Assembly: GCF_009914755.1 (NCBI RefSeq)
Contig: NC_060947.1
Length of the DNA stretch: 64,000 nt
Source of the DNA: the human T2T-CHM13v2.0 reference genome, Homo sapiens
Strand: one strand, 5' to 3'
The notes under the pieces are model-generated. The model was given only the letters and a program-made list of their open reading frames with translations, made no database searches and was not told the origin of the DNA. The position numbers and the translations under genes were made by a program. This document shows positions 13,709 through 29,103 of this stretch, piece by piece (the first letter of the stretch is position 1; the number at the start of each line of letters is the position of its first letter).

Positions 13709-13941
13709 CCTTTGCTCCTCCAAATTCCAGTGTGAGACTCCAAAGAGCCACCAAACTCTAAATGCACACCTGGCCTTCCAAATTGTTCTGACAGATTATT
13801 AGGCAAGATAGAAGGAAATAACTTTTTTTTTATTTAAGCGTTTGTTAGCTTGATATATAACTTTTAAACATTCACACATATGGTGTGTAGGCCTCTGTTT
13901 GTACTCTTGGCTCAGTCCTGCAGATGTTAAGGGCGAGCCTG
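13400..13941 (-). mobile_element. hAT-Tip100 element (MER115-like) containing (CT)n at 13678-13708
   Basis: TTTGTTAGCTTGATATATAACTTTTAAA...TTTGTACTCTTG...ATGTTAAGGGCGAGCCTG. Confidence 0.65.
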
Positions 13942-16474
13942 TTCCTGGTGAGATGCAAAGACATCTGAGGCTTTCATGTTTTCCAAGACAGCATGCCCCT
14001 CTTTGCCTTCCGGAGATTCAAAGCTAGAGTGGCTGTGCCGCGTCTTGCCTGCCTAGCTCCCTCCCTAAAGCTGCATTCCTTTGTGTGCTTGAAGACTCTT
14101 CCTAAACCTCATGGCCTTCTGTTTAGATTGCCTTTAGGATTTCCTTATAGGAGCTATTTGTCCAGCCTTTAACAAACCTTCCTCTGGCTTCCCTTCGATT
14201 GCTCCATATCGCTCTTTTTGGGTTCAAGCTTGTAATAGAAGTAGCATTCTATCATAAGCACCTGCCCAATGCAGGGTATAGAACCCAGGGCCTCTAACTC
14301 AGCACCCAGCATCTTGGGCCTGATCCCCAAAATTACAATTTGCTAAAGGCAAGGCCCAGGGGTCTGCATTTTGAGCAAACACCCTGGTGACTTTGATGCT
14401 GGTGGTTGGCAGGCCACACTTGGAGAAATCTTAGTATGGAGGGAGGGTGGCCTCACAGTCCCTGTGTTGCCTAGTTCCATTTATATCCTAGGTCCTGACT
14501 GCCAATTAGCTGTACAGACACTGGTGACTCACAAGTGGCTAGGAGCTCGTGAAATCCCCTGCAGTGAATTGAACTAATATTTATTAGGCATCAGCTCTAC
14601 ATGGAGGAATGTCGTAGGCACTGGGAACCCACTAAAGGATGAGACATGGCTCCAGTCATGAGGAGCTTGGACTCCTTTTCTGTCTATTTACACTAAGTCA
14701 GGACTGTCATTAATGTAATTTAGGAATATCTGTTTTGTTTTGTGAGTAGTCCTAGGTTGGAGAGGAAATAGACACAAGACAATACAGAGGAATGATGCAA
14801 TATCTAATGGTGAAAGAGGATGTACTGACTGTATCTATAGTTACAAAATAAAACATTCTAACAATCCCAACGGCAATTATAATATGTCTGTCTTTATCAA
14901 AAACCATCCATTAAAAAAAAAACAAAGACAAAAAAACAGGCCACCAAAAGTGGAACTTTTGAGTTCTTGTGAAAGAATTTTAAAAAAGACTTTCAAGGAG
15001 CTATTACTAAGTCTGTACAGCCACACAGTTATGTGATACATGGGGAAATATCTATTTAGATTTCTTATCTGAATAAGAAGGAAACCTTTTTTGTTTCTTT
15101 TTAGCCTGGAATTGCCGAACTTGATTATCTGTGTTGTATCCAAAACTCAAGGTAATCACTTGGCCCCAGCCTTCGATATAGCTGGGGTGTGGAATTAGAG
15201 ATACAAGCAGTATTGTTTTTGTTAAATTCCATGCATAGCCTCTGAAGCCTAGCACAGTGGCTGGCATCCCTGGACAGAGCACAGAAACCCACCTGGACAC
15301 TGTTGTCAAGGTTTCTCTCACACAGTTCACTGAGGAAGTTAAGAGCCTCTGAGGGAGTTTGTTAACTAAATGCCCTTTAGTCATGAGGTTTATTGAGACT
15401 GTTTTTAAGATATATTTGGGGAATTCATGGAATATCTATTTTTTTAACACCCTCCATGCCTACCACACCCATCAGTCCCTGACTTCTATCTCAGAAAAAA
15501 CAAAGCTGTGTTTATGATTTATTATCAGGCCGGAGCTAATGATTACAGACCCCTCCCAGGCTGCTTCTGGGGAGTAGGGATTCTGTCTGTGCTCACTAGG
15601 TGCTTGTGGGGAGGATACATTTCTCACCTAAACTGTGGGAGATCCTCTGCCTTTGCCTGAGAATGACCCAACTGCTTGATTCTCCACTCACTGCTCACTC
15701 CCTCCCACTGCCTTTCTTACCTTTATTCAATATGCAGAAGATACCCAAGTGGTCTTAGGTTAAAATTCTGAGCCCCCAAAGCAGATTTCAGAAAGGAACA
15801 TCATCATGCTTTTGGGATTGTGAAATAAAGCCACACTGGACCTCCACGCAGAGGAACTCTGTAGGCGATCCACATGGTTCATTGCACCAATCATATTCCC
15901 TGGCATTTCAACTGTGGGACCACTCAAAGCAGCCGCAAGCCTGGTATTTCTCTCTTTTGTCCTCCATTGGAGAGCATGGTTGTGCCAAGGCTCTCTAGCC
16001 AGGACAGCCCATCCTCAGGCCACCCAGCTCCGTGAGTGAGTTCCCTGCACAGCCTGTGACTGACTCACCGATGCAGTGGGGCTGATCTTCACATGGCACC
16101 CCAAGCAGGCTTTTCCAGTTCACATCTGCCAACAAGGCAGCCAAGGGGGTGGTTTAGGAAGTAGAGAAAAGGTGAAAAGGCAGCGGAGGGAGCCGGCTGT
16201 CCTGTGTCTCCTCTTTTTCCTGCCCCCAGTGACTTGCATTTTCTCTGAGACAGCTGCCATTCTAGTCTCCCAGCCATTCTTAGGAAGAGACGTGCCTGTC
16301 TCTGGGAAGAGGCAACTTCTCTGCATGTCAGAGGTAAGGGGAATCATGTGACATGTAGATGGGGGAAGAGTGGGAGTTAGGGGTGGGAGAGGGCCCAATC
16401 TAAAGTCAACAAAAATCCTATTTTTCTTCCCTTAACTTTACACTCTGTTGTTTTCCCAGGCTGTGTATTATCTG

Positions 16475-16506
16475 CACACACACACACACACACACAGACA
16501 CACACA
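16475..16506. repeat. (CA)n microsatellite
   Basis: Direct reading. Confidence 0.95.
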
Positions 16507-17184
16507 ATGCAGGAATTCTCTCCACAGTGCCCCTTGTTGATGGCTATCCGGACACCTGCCTTAAATACTTCCAGTGATGAGGCTCACTCTCTTCTGAGGC
16601 TGCCCTTTAAAGTCCACTATACAAATATCCCAGATACCCACTTGTATGCTACAGGTTCAATGTTGCGAACTCAGCCAGACCAGGCCCTCTGAGGACCACA
16701 GGTTTAGACCAAAATGGTTTTGGCCTTTAAAATGAAATCATGAACTCAGTTGCCTTCCGGGTCCACCACTCCCTGGCTTTGGACAGCTGTTAATTCTCAA
16801 GGAGCCTCATGCTGGGTCTTTGTATGTTTAATGTAAACAACACCATTGTGTTTCAAATTCTGTTACAACTACCTTTGCTTCCTGTATTTGCTGAAAGTGG
16901 TGTTCTTGTTTTTGTTTTTAGTGGGAGTAGGGAGTCAAACTAGCCTAGGTGAAAAGTTTCTAAGTAACTCTGAATAAAGAAGTGCATTTTTCAAATGAAA
17001 TGAAGGTACATGGAAGTTGGAATCATACAAAGGACATTGGACTTGAATTTGTCCTTAGATACTTAGAGACTGCAATACCTTTTCGCTGTTTTATGTTTAA
17101 TTTTCTTCTGGTGTTTGTTTTGCTCCACTCTCCTGGAGGCTATTCAGCTGTTTTTTACTATGGTTCTGAGGACATTTCTGTTGC

Positions 17185-17720
17185 AAAAATTTATCAGCTA
17201 GGACCCTTTGCAAGTATTTAAAAACCCAACTCCAACTGTCTTAAGGGGTAGTTAGAGAAAGAGTGCTGGTTTGCATAGTTTGCATAGTTTGCATAGTTTG
17301 CATATGGTTGCATAGTTTGCATAGAAGTTCAGGGTAGATGCTGGCTTTAGGTAAGGCTTGATCCAGGGACTCTCGTGCTGTCACCAAGACCCATTTCTGT
17401 CCATCTGGAGATTCATCCTGACTCTTCTCCTTCAATTGGCTTTCTTCTCAGACTTCACAAGGCAACAGGGCACTGGCAATAACGTCTCATTATTTTCTCA
17501 TTTTAAATTCTGCTAGTCCAATCAGAGGGAAGCTACCAGACAGGAGCTACCAGAAAATAACTCCCTTTCTCTTTCTTTTTTTCACACCTTGATATGAGAG
17601 GTTAAGCCCTGCCTAGATCATTTGGACTTAAGATCAAGGGAAGAATCTGTGTCCAGATAAAAATCTGGGTTGTTGTTGGAAGAGAGGGTAACGGGTACTG
17701 AGAGACAAACAGAGAATGTC
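17185..17720 (-). mobile_element. Old MLT1 LTR (MLT1J/K-like)
   Basis: TTGCAAGT...AAACCCAACTCCAACTGTCTTAAG; CTGGCTTTAGGTAAGGCTTGATCCAGGGACTC. Confidence 0.65.
17269..17323. repeat. 9-bp tandem repeat (GTTTGCATA), about 6 copies
   Basis: Four perfect copies, one variant copy, one perfect copy. Confidence 0.95.
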
Positions 17721-18009
17721 CATAGAGAGACAGCCATCAGTTTTCTTCTTGGATGCTGTCACCCCCTCAGTAGGACGCATATGTAAATATACATAAGAAA
17801 CAGCCAGTATTGGCAGCTACAGCTTCAAATAAAACAGGGACAAATCAGGAGCTTTTTTGGAATGGAACACCAAGAGGAATTTCAAAATCAGTGACAATAC
17901 TAAGAGGGTGATGGAGGAAATTCCACTCTGGGTGGTGGGAGGAGGAGAAAAATGAGGAGAATCAGAGAACACAGTTCAAGTTGTTTGGCCATAGTATCCT
18001 CCAATACTA

Positions 18010-18260
18010 TATAATAATATGAATAGCAATCCTTTGCAATAATGTGTATTATGACTTCAGAAACTACCTAGGTACTTTACACGTATTAATGCATTTGACT
18101 CTCACAATAACCCTGTGAAGTCAAAACAATTAATATTGTAATCATCCCCATTTTATAGATAAGTAAATCAAGGACCAGAGAGGTTAAACAACTTGCCCAA
18201 GATCACAGAACCAATAAGTGGCAGTGCTGGGATTTAAATCTTGGTGGCTCTTAACTCCCC
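18010..18260 (-). mobile_element. MIR SINE
   Basis: ATCCCCATTTTATAGATAAG...GGTTAAACAACTTGCCCAAGATCAC. Confidence 0.85.
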
Positions 18261-18494
18261 GTATTATAGTGTCTCCAGTGTATGAAATGAATGCACAGAA
18301 ATGGCAATACTCTGGTGGCCCTAGGGACAGAAACATGGCTAAGAGAGTGCTTGAGTCATTCTCTAAAGCTGGCAGCCTCAAGGACATAGGAGGATGAGGA
18401 ACAAGGGAAGGAAAGTTCACTTCTTCATTATAGAAGTAAAAAGGGGATAATTATGTCCCACACAGCACAATAAAGTATCAAGTCTACAGACTAC

Positions 18495-18710
18495 AGTAGA
18501 GTAGGTGAAATGTAGGGTGTGGATTAGCAATCAGAAGCCCTGGGTTCTTTGCCAGGTCAACCACTAACTCGTAGTGCAACTGTGGACAGGTCACTTAACC
18601 TCTCTGTGCCTCAGTTTTCCCTTCTGTGAATAAGGATGACTGTTGTCTTGCCTCCCTTCTTTTATCATTATGGAGATTAGACAAGATAATGTGAGATGAA
18701 ACACTTTGTA
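18495..18710 (+). mobile_element. MIR SINE
   Basis: GTCACTTAACCTCTCTGTGCCTCAGTTTTCC core. Confidence 0.85.
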
Positions 18711-19464
18711 TAGAGAACTCATAATTATGCCTTCTATAGGCACTTAAAAGCTTATTTGCAGTAATTTATGACATTGCCATTGAGGTACTTTTATTTCTAA
18801 AAAGCCTATTTTTCTAAAGGATATTATATAGCATCTTCTAGAAATAACTTACCTTTTTAAAATTATATGTTCCATGTAGATAATTTAAAAAACAAAGATG
18901 AATACAAAGGAGAAAACAATGAAATCACCCAGAAAAATCTACTCAACGTTATTTTTTCAGTTGATTTTCTATGCCTGTCTATGCTTTTTTTAAAGCGAAT
19001 AATGTTTCAATCTAATATTTTTTCTTACATACATACACTCTTTATTTTTTGCTATCTACTTTTTTCCATTTAATGCATTATGAATATATTTCCTTGTCAT
19101 TAATCTTTTGCAACAGTGATTTCCAAATTTTCTGACCAGGATCTGTAATAAAAAAATTTATATTGCTACTCAGTAGACACACATACATAAACACACATTT
19201 GCCCAATAGTTATCCTTATAATATATTGTGTATTCTGATATTTTCTATTCTATTTTATAATGAATTAGTATATAAGAGAATACACTATTTCATGATTCAC
19301 TACTTGATTACATGAGCCACAGACAGATCATATTTTGTAGTTTGAAAAATATTAACCCACAACATCTATTTTGTTGGTTAGATGATAGCCCATTGTAGAG
19401 ATTTGCCATAATTATTGAACAAATCTCCAATTGTTGGACTTTCTTATTATTTCCAATATTTTGA

Positions 19465-20000
19465 CATTCATTCTTTTGTTTATTAAATCGTTAAACCAAT
19501 ATGTATTAAGTGTTTACTACATGCCAGGCACTATTCTAGTTGCTGAGGACACAGAGGTGAACTAGATATATTTGGTCCCTACAGTTAATGCACTTGTATC
19601 CTATGGAGCACAGGGAGACAGACAATACGCACATCTAGAGACCAGGAAATCCCAGGAGACTGTGATAAGAATTGATGGAGTGGGGTTACTTTAAGTGATG
19701 GTTGGGAGCTCTCTGAGGGCCGCTTTCTGAGGACTCTCTTAAATGCCAGCTCTCTGAGGGCTGGCATTTAAGCTGACACTATAGTAACAAGAAGATATTG
19801 TTGAAGTAATTCTTGAGAAAATCCGGGGTAAGAGAATCTGGGCTGGGAGAACAGCTAGCAGAAAGGTCCTAAGGTCGTTGAGAGCTTGGCACTTTTGAGG
19901 ATCAGAAGGATGGCCTGTGTGACTTGAGAACAGTGAAGAAGGGGGAATGGCCATAAGAGATTAGTCTGGAGAAGTTGTTAGAGGGTAGATCATCCAGAAC
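19465..20000 (-). mobile_element. L2 fragment
   Basis: TACTACATGCCAGGCACTATTCTAG and downstream L2 antisense body. Confidence 0.7.
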
Positions 20001-20282
20001 TTTCTATCACAAACATACTCCATCTTTGCTTACAACCGCAGTTAGGTAATGAGGAAAAAGTTCAAGAAGTGTCCTGAACAGCAGCAGCTGTGGGTGGGGA
20101 ATGTTGGATGTCTGGGAGACTGAGAGCTGGCCCAGTTTTTTGAATGAAGGCCTCTGTGCTAAAGAGGATCTAAGGTTTGTTGGAGGAGCATGGCCCTGGC
20201 ACAACACTTTGTCCTTTTCCAAGTAGGTCCTTCATAGGGGATTTAAGCAATAGAGTATTTTGTTTTAAATTCTGAGCTATTA

Positions 20283-22491
<2,209 letters not shown>

Positions 22492-23529
22492 TGCAATAAG
22501 GTTTTTGCTAATTTACTGCCTGGTGCTCAACACCTAGGGCAAGGCTTGACACATAGTAGGTGTTCAATACATGTCTGTGAAGCAAACAAATGAATACATG
22601 GACATCCCCCAGGCCTAAAGGCAAAGGACAGTGGTAATTTCTGACAAATCATTATTGCACATTCAAGTTTTTCAAATGTGACTGTCTATTCTCATGCAAA
22701 CAGAGAAGAAAGGACTTTCATGTGATGAAGAAGAAGAGAGCATTTCTTTCAGCTCCTCTTTGGTAAAGTCACAAATAATCTCTCAAAAGCCACTATGTAT
22801 TTATTTGGTCTTTTTTTTTTTCTTTAATGAAATGCCATGACGCTTCACCAGCTGCTTTTTGCAATGAAAAAAGATAACACATTGGGATTACCAGGAACAG
22901 ATGTTGAAGAGGCCTAGAAATCTGATTTTTCCACATCAGGGACCCTGTTGTGTGCTGAAATAAATTAACAGGGTTATTGGAAGCTAGATGTTGGTTTCTT
23001 TGAGATTGCTTATTGCCTTGAAGAAGGGAGGGTGGGGAATGCCATCACAGGACAGCGCTGGAGGAGCCTCCAAAGGAAGCCTTTGCCTGCCAGGGTCTCC
23101 CTGCTGCTCTGGCACTAGCTCCATGTGACACAGCTTTCCCCTACTCTGCATGCTCATCCTCATCATAAACCCATGCCCTCGGTAAACTTGAATGGGGCAA
23201 GACAGACACATTTTATTCTGGTGCTTAATGAATGCCTCTCTTGACTTTTTTTTTGTCTTCTGAGTAAATGGCCTAGGCCTGGTGCTTTGAGATACAAAAA
23301 CCATTTCAGTAATCCATATAGGGCAAAATATGTGGAATAAGGAGAGATCTCTGAGAGATCAACCAAATACCTCCCTAAGGAATTTGAACTCACAAGTGTG
23401 GTCACTGGGTAAGAAAACTGCTTTGATCTTCATTGATATAATTTTCCTTGTGGAAAGAAAGAGACATTCTATCTATGTGGGAAGATTTTCTTTCCCTTTT
23501 AACAAGATTGTTCTCTGTCATTTCTTCAG

Positions 23530-24150
23530 CTTTTAATTGAAGCATAATGACCATACTGGAAGTGCACAAATCATAACCATACAATTTGATAGATTCACAT
23601 AAAGCCAACACAGCCATGGAACTACCACCTAGATCATGAGAGTGAATGTGACCGGCACTCTGGTCCTTTCCCCTCGTGCCCCTTTCCAGTCACCTCCCCC
23701 ACGAAGGGTGGCCACTATCTTGTCTTCTAATACAATAGATGAGTTTTGTCTAGTTTTGAACTTAATATGAGTGGAATCATGTAGCATACACTTTTTTTGT
23801 GTCCAGCTTCTTTCATTCAACACATTTGTGAAATTCATCTATATTGTTATGTGTCGTTGTAGTTCAGTTATTCTCATTGCCATAGAGTCATACATTGGAT
23901 GCATTTACCACAGTTTATCCTTCTTACTTTTGATGGGTATCTGGGTAGTTTCTAGTTTCTTTTACAGTTATAGCTAATGTTGCTTTAAACATTTCTTTCC
24001 ATGAGCCTATGTACCCATTTCTGTTGGGTATATTCCTAGGAGAGAAATTGCTGGGTCATGGGTTTGTGTATATCCCACTTTAGTAGATGCTGCCAAACAG
24101 TTCTCCAAAGTGGTGGCACCAATTCACACTCCCACTGGCAGTGCACAAGA
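23530..24150 (-). mobile_element. Old L1M 3' end (L1MB/ME-like)
   Basis: GTGGAATCAT...TTGATGGGTATCTGGGTAGTTTC...CCTAGGAGAGAAATTGCTGGGTCAT. Confidence 0.85.
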
Positions 24151-24577
24151 GCTCTGGGCTTCATTATTTTGCTGTTGTATCGTCCTCCCCTATGCCTCTA
24201 TCTTGGGTAACTTTCAGCCACCGCCACTGTGAATATCTGAGTATGCCTTGGCAGGATTTCACTTGAAAAAGGCTGTTCTCTGGAACTGTCTTTCCTACTT
24301 TCTCTTAAGTACTTTCTGTAGCCACAGAAGTGCAGACCGCTTAGCATCTGCTCAAGTACAAAACTGATCTTTACATAATGCTGGCTGGGATTGGGGGAAG
24401 TGCAAGTAGAAGAAACCATTCTAGTCATTGAGCTTTGTTTTTTGGAATTATAGTCTTAAAATGTCTCTAATTCCCTGGATGTTAATGCTTGTGGAAGGAA
24501 TAAGTGAGAGTTAAACTTCCCTTCTGAAAAAGAACATAAGCAGGTATTAAAAGAGAGTTATGAGAATCAGTAAGAAT

Positions 24578-24806
24578 TATAGTTAAGGGTGGGACTGCCT
24601 GGATTCAAATCGTGGCTCCATCACTTACCATGTGACTTTAGGCAAATTACTTGAAATCTCTGCTTCAGTTGCCTCAGCTGCCAAGCAGAGAGAATAGTAA
24701 CATCTATGTCATAGAGGTAGATTTGTGAGGACTAAATGGATTAATACATGTGTAGCTCTTGGAAGAATGCCTGTCATGTGGTAAGTACTATGTGAGTGTT
24801 AGCTGT
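24578..24806 (+). mobile_element. MIR SINE
   Basis: GACTGCCTGGATTCAAATC...GGCAAATTACTT...GTGAGGACTAAATG. Confidence 0.85.
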
Positions 24807-24811
24807 AATGC

Positions 24812-25497
24812 CTATCTTAAGTCTTGAACCCTAGAAGCAGTTCCTGTGATGCCACAGAGTCATACATTGGGTACATATACCTACGCTGAAACTAATAGAA
24901 GTGTGAATTGGTGCACCCACTTTGAAGAACTGTTTGGCAGCATTCATTAAAGTGGGATATATACAAATCTATGACCTAGCAATTTCATTCCTAGGAATAT
25001 ACCCAACAAAAATGGGTACATAGGCACACGGAAAGAAATGTTTAAAGCAGCATTAGCTATAACTGTAAAAGAAACTGGAAACTACCCAAATGCCCATCAA
25101 AAGTCAGAAGAATAAACTGTTTTGTTCAAGTTCAGTTGAAAGAGTATTCTCAGGAGGGGGAAGGCAGGAAGCAGGACAGGGCATAGGGAGGAGCTAAGGA
25201 TGTGGTTGAGCTGGAGCCCAGCTTTAACCTGATTCCAGGGTGGTTCTTGGGGCATAAATGACACCAGAGTTATCTTACCATGAAGCAAGGGGGTTGACTT
25301 TTTATACTGTTATGTCAGTCAGTCATTGGCTATGAGATGCTGGGGCTGGGGCACTTTGGACTGGGGACTCAGTTCCTGTTAGTTGAGGACAATCCTCCAG
25401 AGAAGGCTGCAGCTGTAAGCTCTTAGCAGTCAACAGCTCACAGCAGCTGGAAGCTGGGTGCACCTGCCAAAAAGGGGATCTGGGCGGGGCAACAACA
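24812..25497 (-). mobile_element. MLT1 LTR (MLT1H/I-like) interrupted by a local duplication at 24850-25120
   Basis: CCCTAGAAGCAG start; GAAGCAGGACAGGGC, CAGTCATTGGCT, GGGGATCTGGGCGGGGCAACAACA end. Confidence 0.7.
24900..25120 (+). repeat. Inverted duplicate of 23910-24130
   Basis: 221 bp, ungapped, about 21 mismatches by manual alignment. Confidence 0.92.
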
Positions 25498-26864
25498 CTG
25501 TTTATTTTTCATAGCCAGGTTTTTATTGTAGTGACATCAGAAGAACTGTAAGGCCAATGATAAAGCAAGTCTTTCAGAGGTAAGGCACATAGCTTCCTGG
25601 GCATTCTTTTTCAGGAGCAGGAATGTCCACATGTGCTCACGAGCCCGAGAAGTCTGTACCTGCAGATGAGTGATGAGCTCGTGAATGTACCTGCTCCTCC
25701 AACAGCAGTTGCCTCCGTATAAGCTTAAAGCATTAAGGCTCCCCTTGTCATCATGTTCCTTCCACTCAAGCGGCCCCTCCCTTAGCCCTGCTTCTTGGGA
25801 TACTTACCTTTCTAGACCACTACTTTTAATCTAAGTTTTTCTCTGCCTTCTGACCATCTCTATTCCTATGAGGGAAGTGAAAAGAAATGTACAAAATACA
25901 TCGTCATTTATTGGAGGCTCACTGGCTCCTTAGTCTGTTTGCTTGGCAGTGAAATGTCACCACACCAAGAGCTCATGACTTAATCAGCATTTATATAATC
26001 TGCCCCTCTCTTTGGGAGATGAAGCCAGTGAGCTCTGCTAGATGCATGTTTGATTTCTAGAAGGTATTTCTGCTGGCCGTGACTCTCTCAGTATCCAGCT
26101 CTCCACTTGCACTGAACAAGGCAACATTAAAGCAAGCTGAGTCACTCTGTAGACAAATAGGAAGCCACTTACTTCCCTGTCTCTGCACCTAGGGAATGCT
26201 GGGAGAGCCGGTGAACACCCCAGCACTAGTGGGGCTGGGAGTTTTAAAGTACTACATGAAAAAGCCAGACTCACACTAACATACACATTTCTTAATTTCA
26301 ATTCAACAAAGTGGGAGAGGTGCACATCAGCCTACCTGGGAGGTAAAATCTGGGAAAGGAAACTAGAATGTACAGTGGCACTAAGCTGAAATCTGCAACA
26401 TGTACCATTTTCAAGCATTGGTTTGTTAGATAGTAAGTAGTTTGCTCATTCATTCATTCAGCTGGTATTCAGTAACTATCCTCTATGTGTCAGTTTCTGT
26501 GCTCCATGCTGGACCTATCAAGGAAATTAGCCACAAAACAAATAATTGTAATTGTGATAAGTATTATAAAGGGCCAAATCCAGTAGGAACTGGGAGCTCT
26601 AGCATATTGCTTACTACTACCAGGAGAGAAGTTGGGAAGATTTTTAGCATAGGGACTGCTACTTCTGACACACATGAAACTTTGTGGGTTCATCAGAAGG
26701 CCAAAACCAAAAAGGTTAAAAAATTAATTTTTGGACTCCAGTGCTTTGCATGCAATGAATGACTGCACAGATGCCTGCCAGTTCATTCACACATTCGTTT
26801 GACAAACATCTGAACACCTCCAGGACATACCAACTGGACAGACTCATTTTTGATTCTTCAGGTA

Positions 26865-27070
26865 TAGCCATGTGCCACATCATGACATTTCAGTCGATGA
26901 CAGATTGCATATACAATGGTGGTCCCATAAAATTATAATGGAGTGATATGATGGAGTAGGCTATACCATCTAGGTTTGTGTATGTAAACTCTATGATGTT
27001 CACACAATGACAAAATCGCCTAATGTGCATTTCTTAGAGTGTATTCCCACCCTTAAGCGATGAATATCTG
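26865..27070 (-). mobile_element. Internally deleted Tigger3/MER7-type MITE
   Basis: GGTGGTCCCATAAAATTATAATGGAG...GGCTATACCATCTAGGTTTGTG; TA-flanked. Confidence 0.8.
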
Positions 27071-27716
27071 TAGTAACATTTTTGCATTCTGCATCAAGGG
27101 CATCATCCCTTTCTTCTATCCTCCCTGGGCTGCTCTGCTCAGATATACCTGAAGATCACCTGGGTAGGTTAGAATTTAAAAGAAAACCCTGATGGAAGAA
27201 GAAAATGATTCCATCAAGAAAAATTGTTAATTGTGTTTTCTAAACCTTTTCCCCAAGGAGGTTTTCAAGCAAGCGGTGAATTTTCATGTGCAAAGCAGGA
27301 GGGCTTGTTTATGTCTTTAACCTTGATGAACAACAGGAGAGCTGGCCAATGTTCGTGTGATTGTTGGTCACTACGTGACTCAGTGGTCAAAACAAAACCC
27401 ATGGGACCTGACTCCTGAGGCCTGTGCTTCACTATCAGCCATAACTTCCTCATTTCTTTTTATGGCTGGTGGATTTGGCCCTTTAAATAGCATTGCATGA
27501 AGCTAGCGCAGTCAACAGTTCAGGATTTGAGCTAAATGGAGGCAGCATAGGCCAGATAGGTAATGTAATACAGTAGCACAGCAGCAGCAAGAGCAACAGT
27601 AATGATAGTGATAGCAGGAGTAGGAGTAGTAACCATATTGTGTGTGTTGTGCACTGTACTTAGCACTTGTCCTCATTATCTTATTTAATTCTCTCAACGG
27701 TCTCAGGATATATGTA

Positions 27717-28081
27717 CAATCAACCGTCCACATCCATAGTTCCATATCTGCGGATTCAACCAAACTTGGATAGAAAATATTTTTTAAAATAACAATACAA
27801 ATGTAAAAATAATACAAATTTTAAAAACCAATACAGTGTATCAATTGCTTTGGGAAACTGAGGTGGGAGGATTATTTGAGGCCAGTAGTTTGAGACCAGC
27901 CTGGTCAACATACTGAGATAACATTTACACTGTATTAGGTATTATAAGTAATCTAGAGATGACTTAAAGTATGCAGGAGGATATGCGTAGGTTATATGCA
28001 AACACTAAGCAATTGTATATAGATTTTGGTATCCATGGGAGGTTCTGAAACCAATCCTCCACATATACCAAGGGACAACTG
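27717..28081. mobile_element. MER2 (TcMar-Tigger) within a minus-strand MIR, containing an Alu fragment at 27847-27918
   Basis: CTGCGGATTCAACCAA...GTATTAGGTATTATAAGTAATCTAGAGATG...CCAAGGGACAACTG. Confidence 0.85.
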
Positions 28082-29103
28082 TGTTAGTATTATTGTTCAA
28101 TAGAGGTCAGCTAACTTGCCCAGGGTTACAATGGTTTAAGTGGCAGACTCAGAAGTGGAATCAAGATCTTTCTGACCGCAAGATTTATTTTCTTATTTCA
28201 ATTTATCATCTCTCAAGAAAGTGAGCTTTGGGATAAAAGAAAAATAAAACTGCCAGTTAAAGCTCTATGAACATGGTGAGGATATTTAAACATTTTGTCC
28301 TTTGGTTTTCTTCTCTGAAAAATGAAAATAGCTCAGAAGAGTTGTGAAAATTAAATGGATTAATTAATTTAAAATCTCTGGCACATAGTAGGCACTCAAT
28401 AAATGTTAGTTTCCTTCCTTTTTGAGAAAGCCACTTGGATTCCTTTGCAGGATGGAAATCAAGGAAGCATTAGCTCAAGTTGAAGATTTTCAGAGATCTG
28501 AAACTAATACTGCCTGAGTTTTTCCAACTCAGGAAGGAGGCTAGTGAAATATCACAGCCCTCAGCCAGGTGGCCTGTTACTGAGTAAACCCTGATGGGAA
28601 ATGGTGGCAGGGGACTACTTCTGTTACACAGGGTAGCTGATATGCAAACATAAGTCACTGTATTGCCATATAAAGATTTAGTTCATAACCGTGTGATACT
28701 ATAGTTACTTTGAGAGAAGAGAACTAAAAAAACTCAAGCTGTAGTCCAGTGAAATTGTTCATTTTTGGTAAAAGAGATTCTGGCAGTTTGAGACTCCATC
28801 CCTGGTTGATTGTTGAAGCTTCCAGAGAATGAGTCCAGTGACTCCTCATCTCCTGTACTATGATTGGGCACTGAGTCACACTCCCAACCCCACCCTGGCC
28901 CTCTATGGCACTCCCCAACTGGCGTTCCTGCAAGCTTTCCAAACCAGGGTACAGTCATACTTCCCACAAACCTGCTAAGGGCTTCCTGGGACAGCGGATG
29001 CTTGAGGAGTGCTTGGTCAAGGCCTAGGTTTAAGTCGTGGTTTTGCCTCAAGTGAGGGATAACTCTCAGCAGTCTTGCTCATAAGTCTTTTTGAAGAACC
29101 AAC

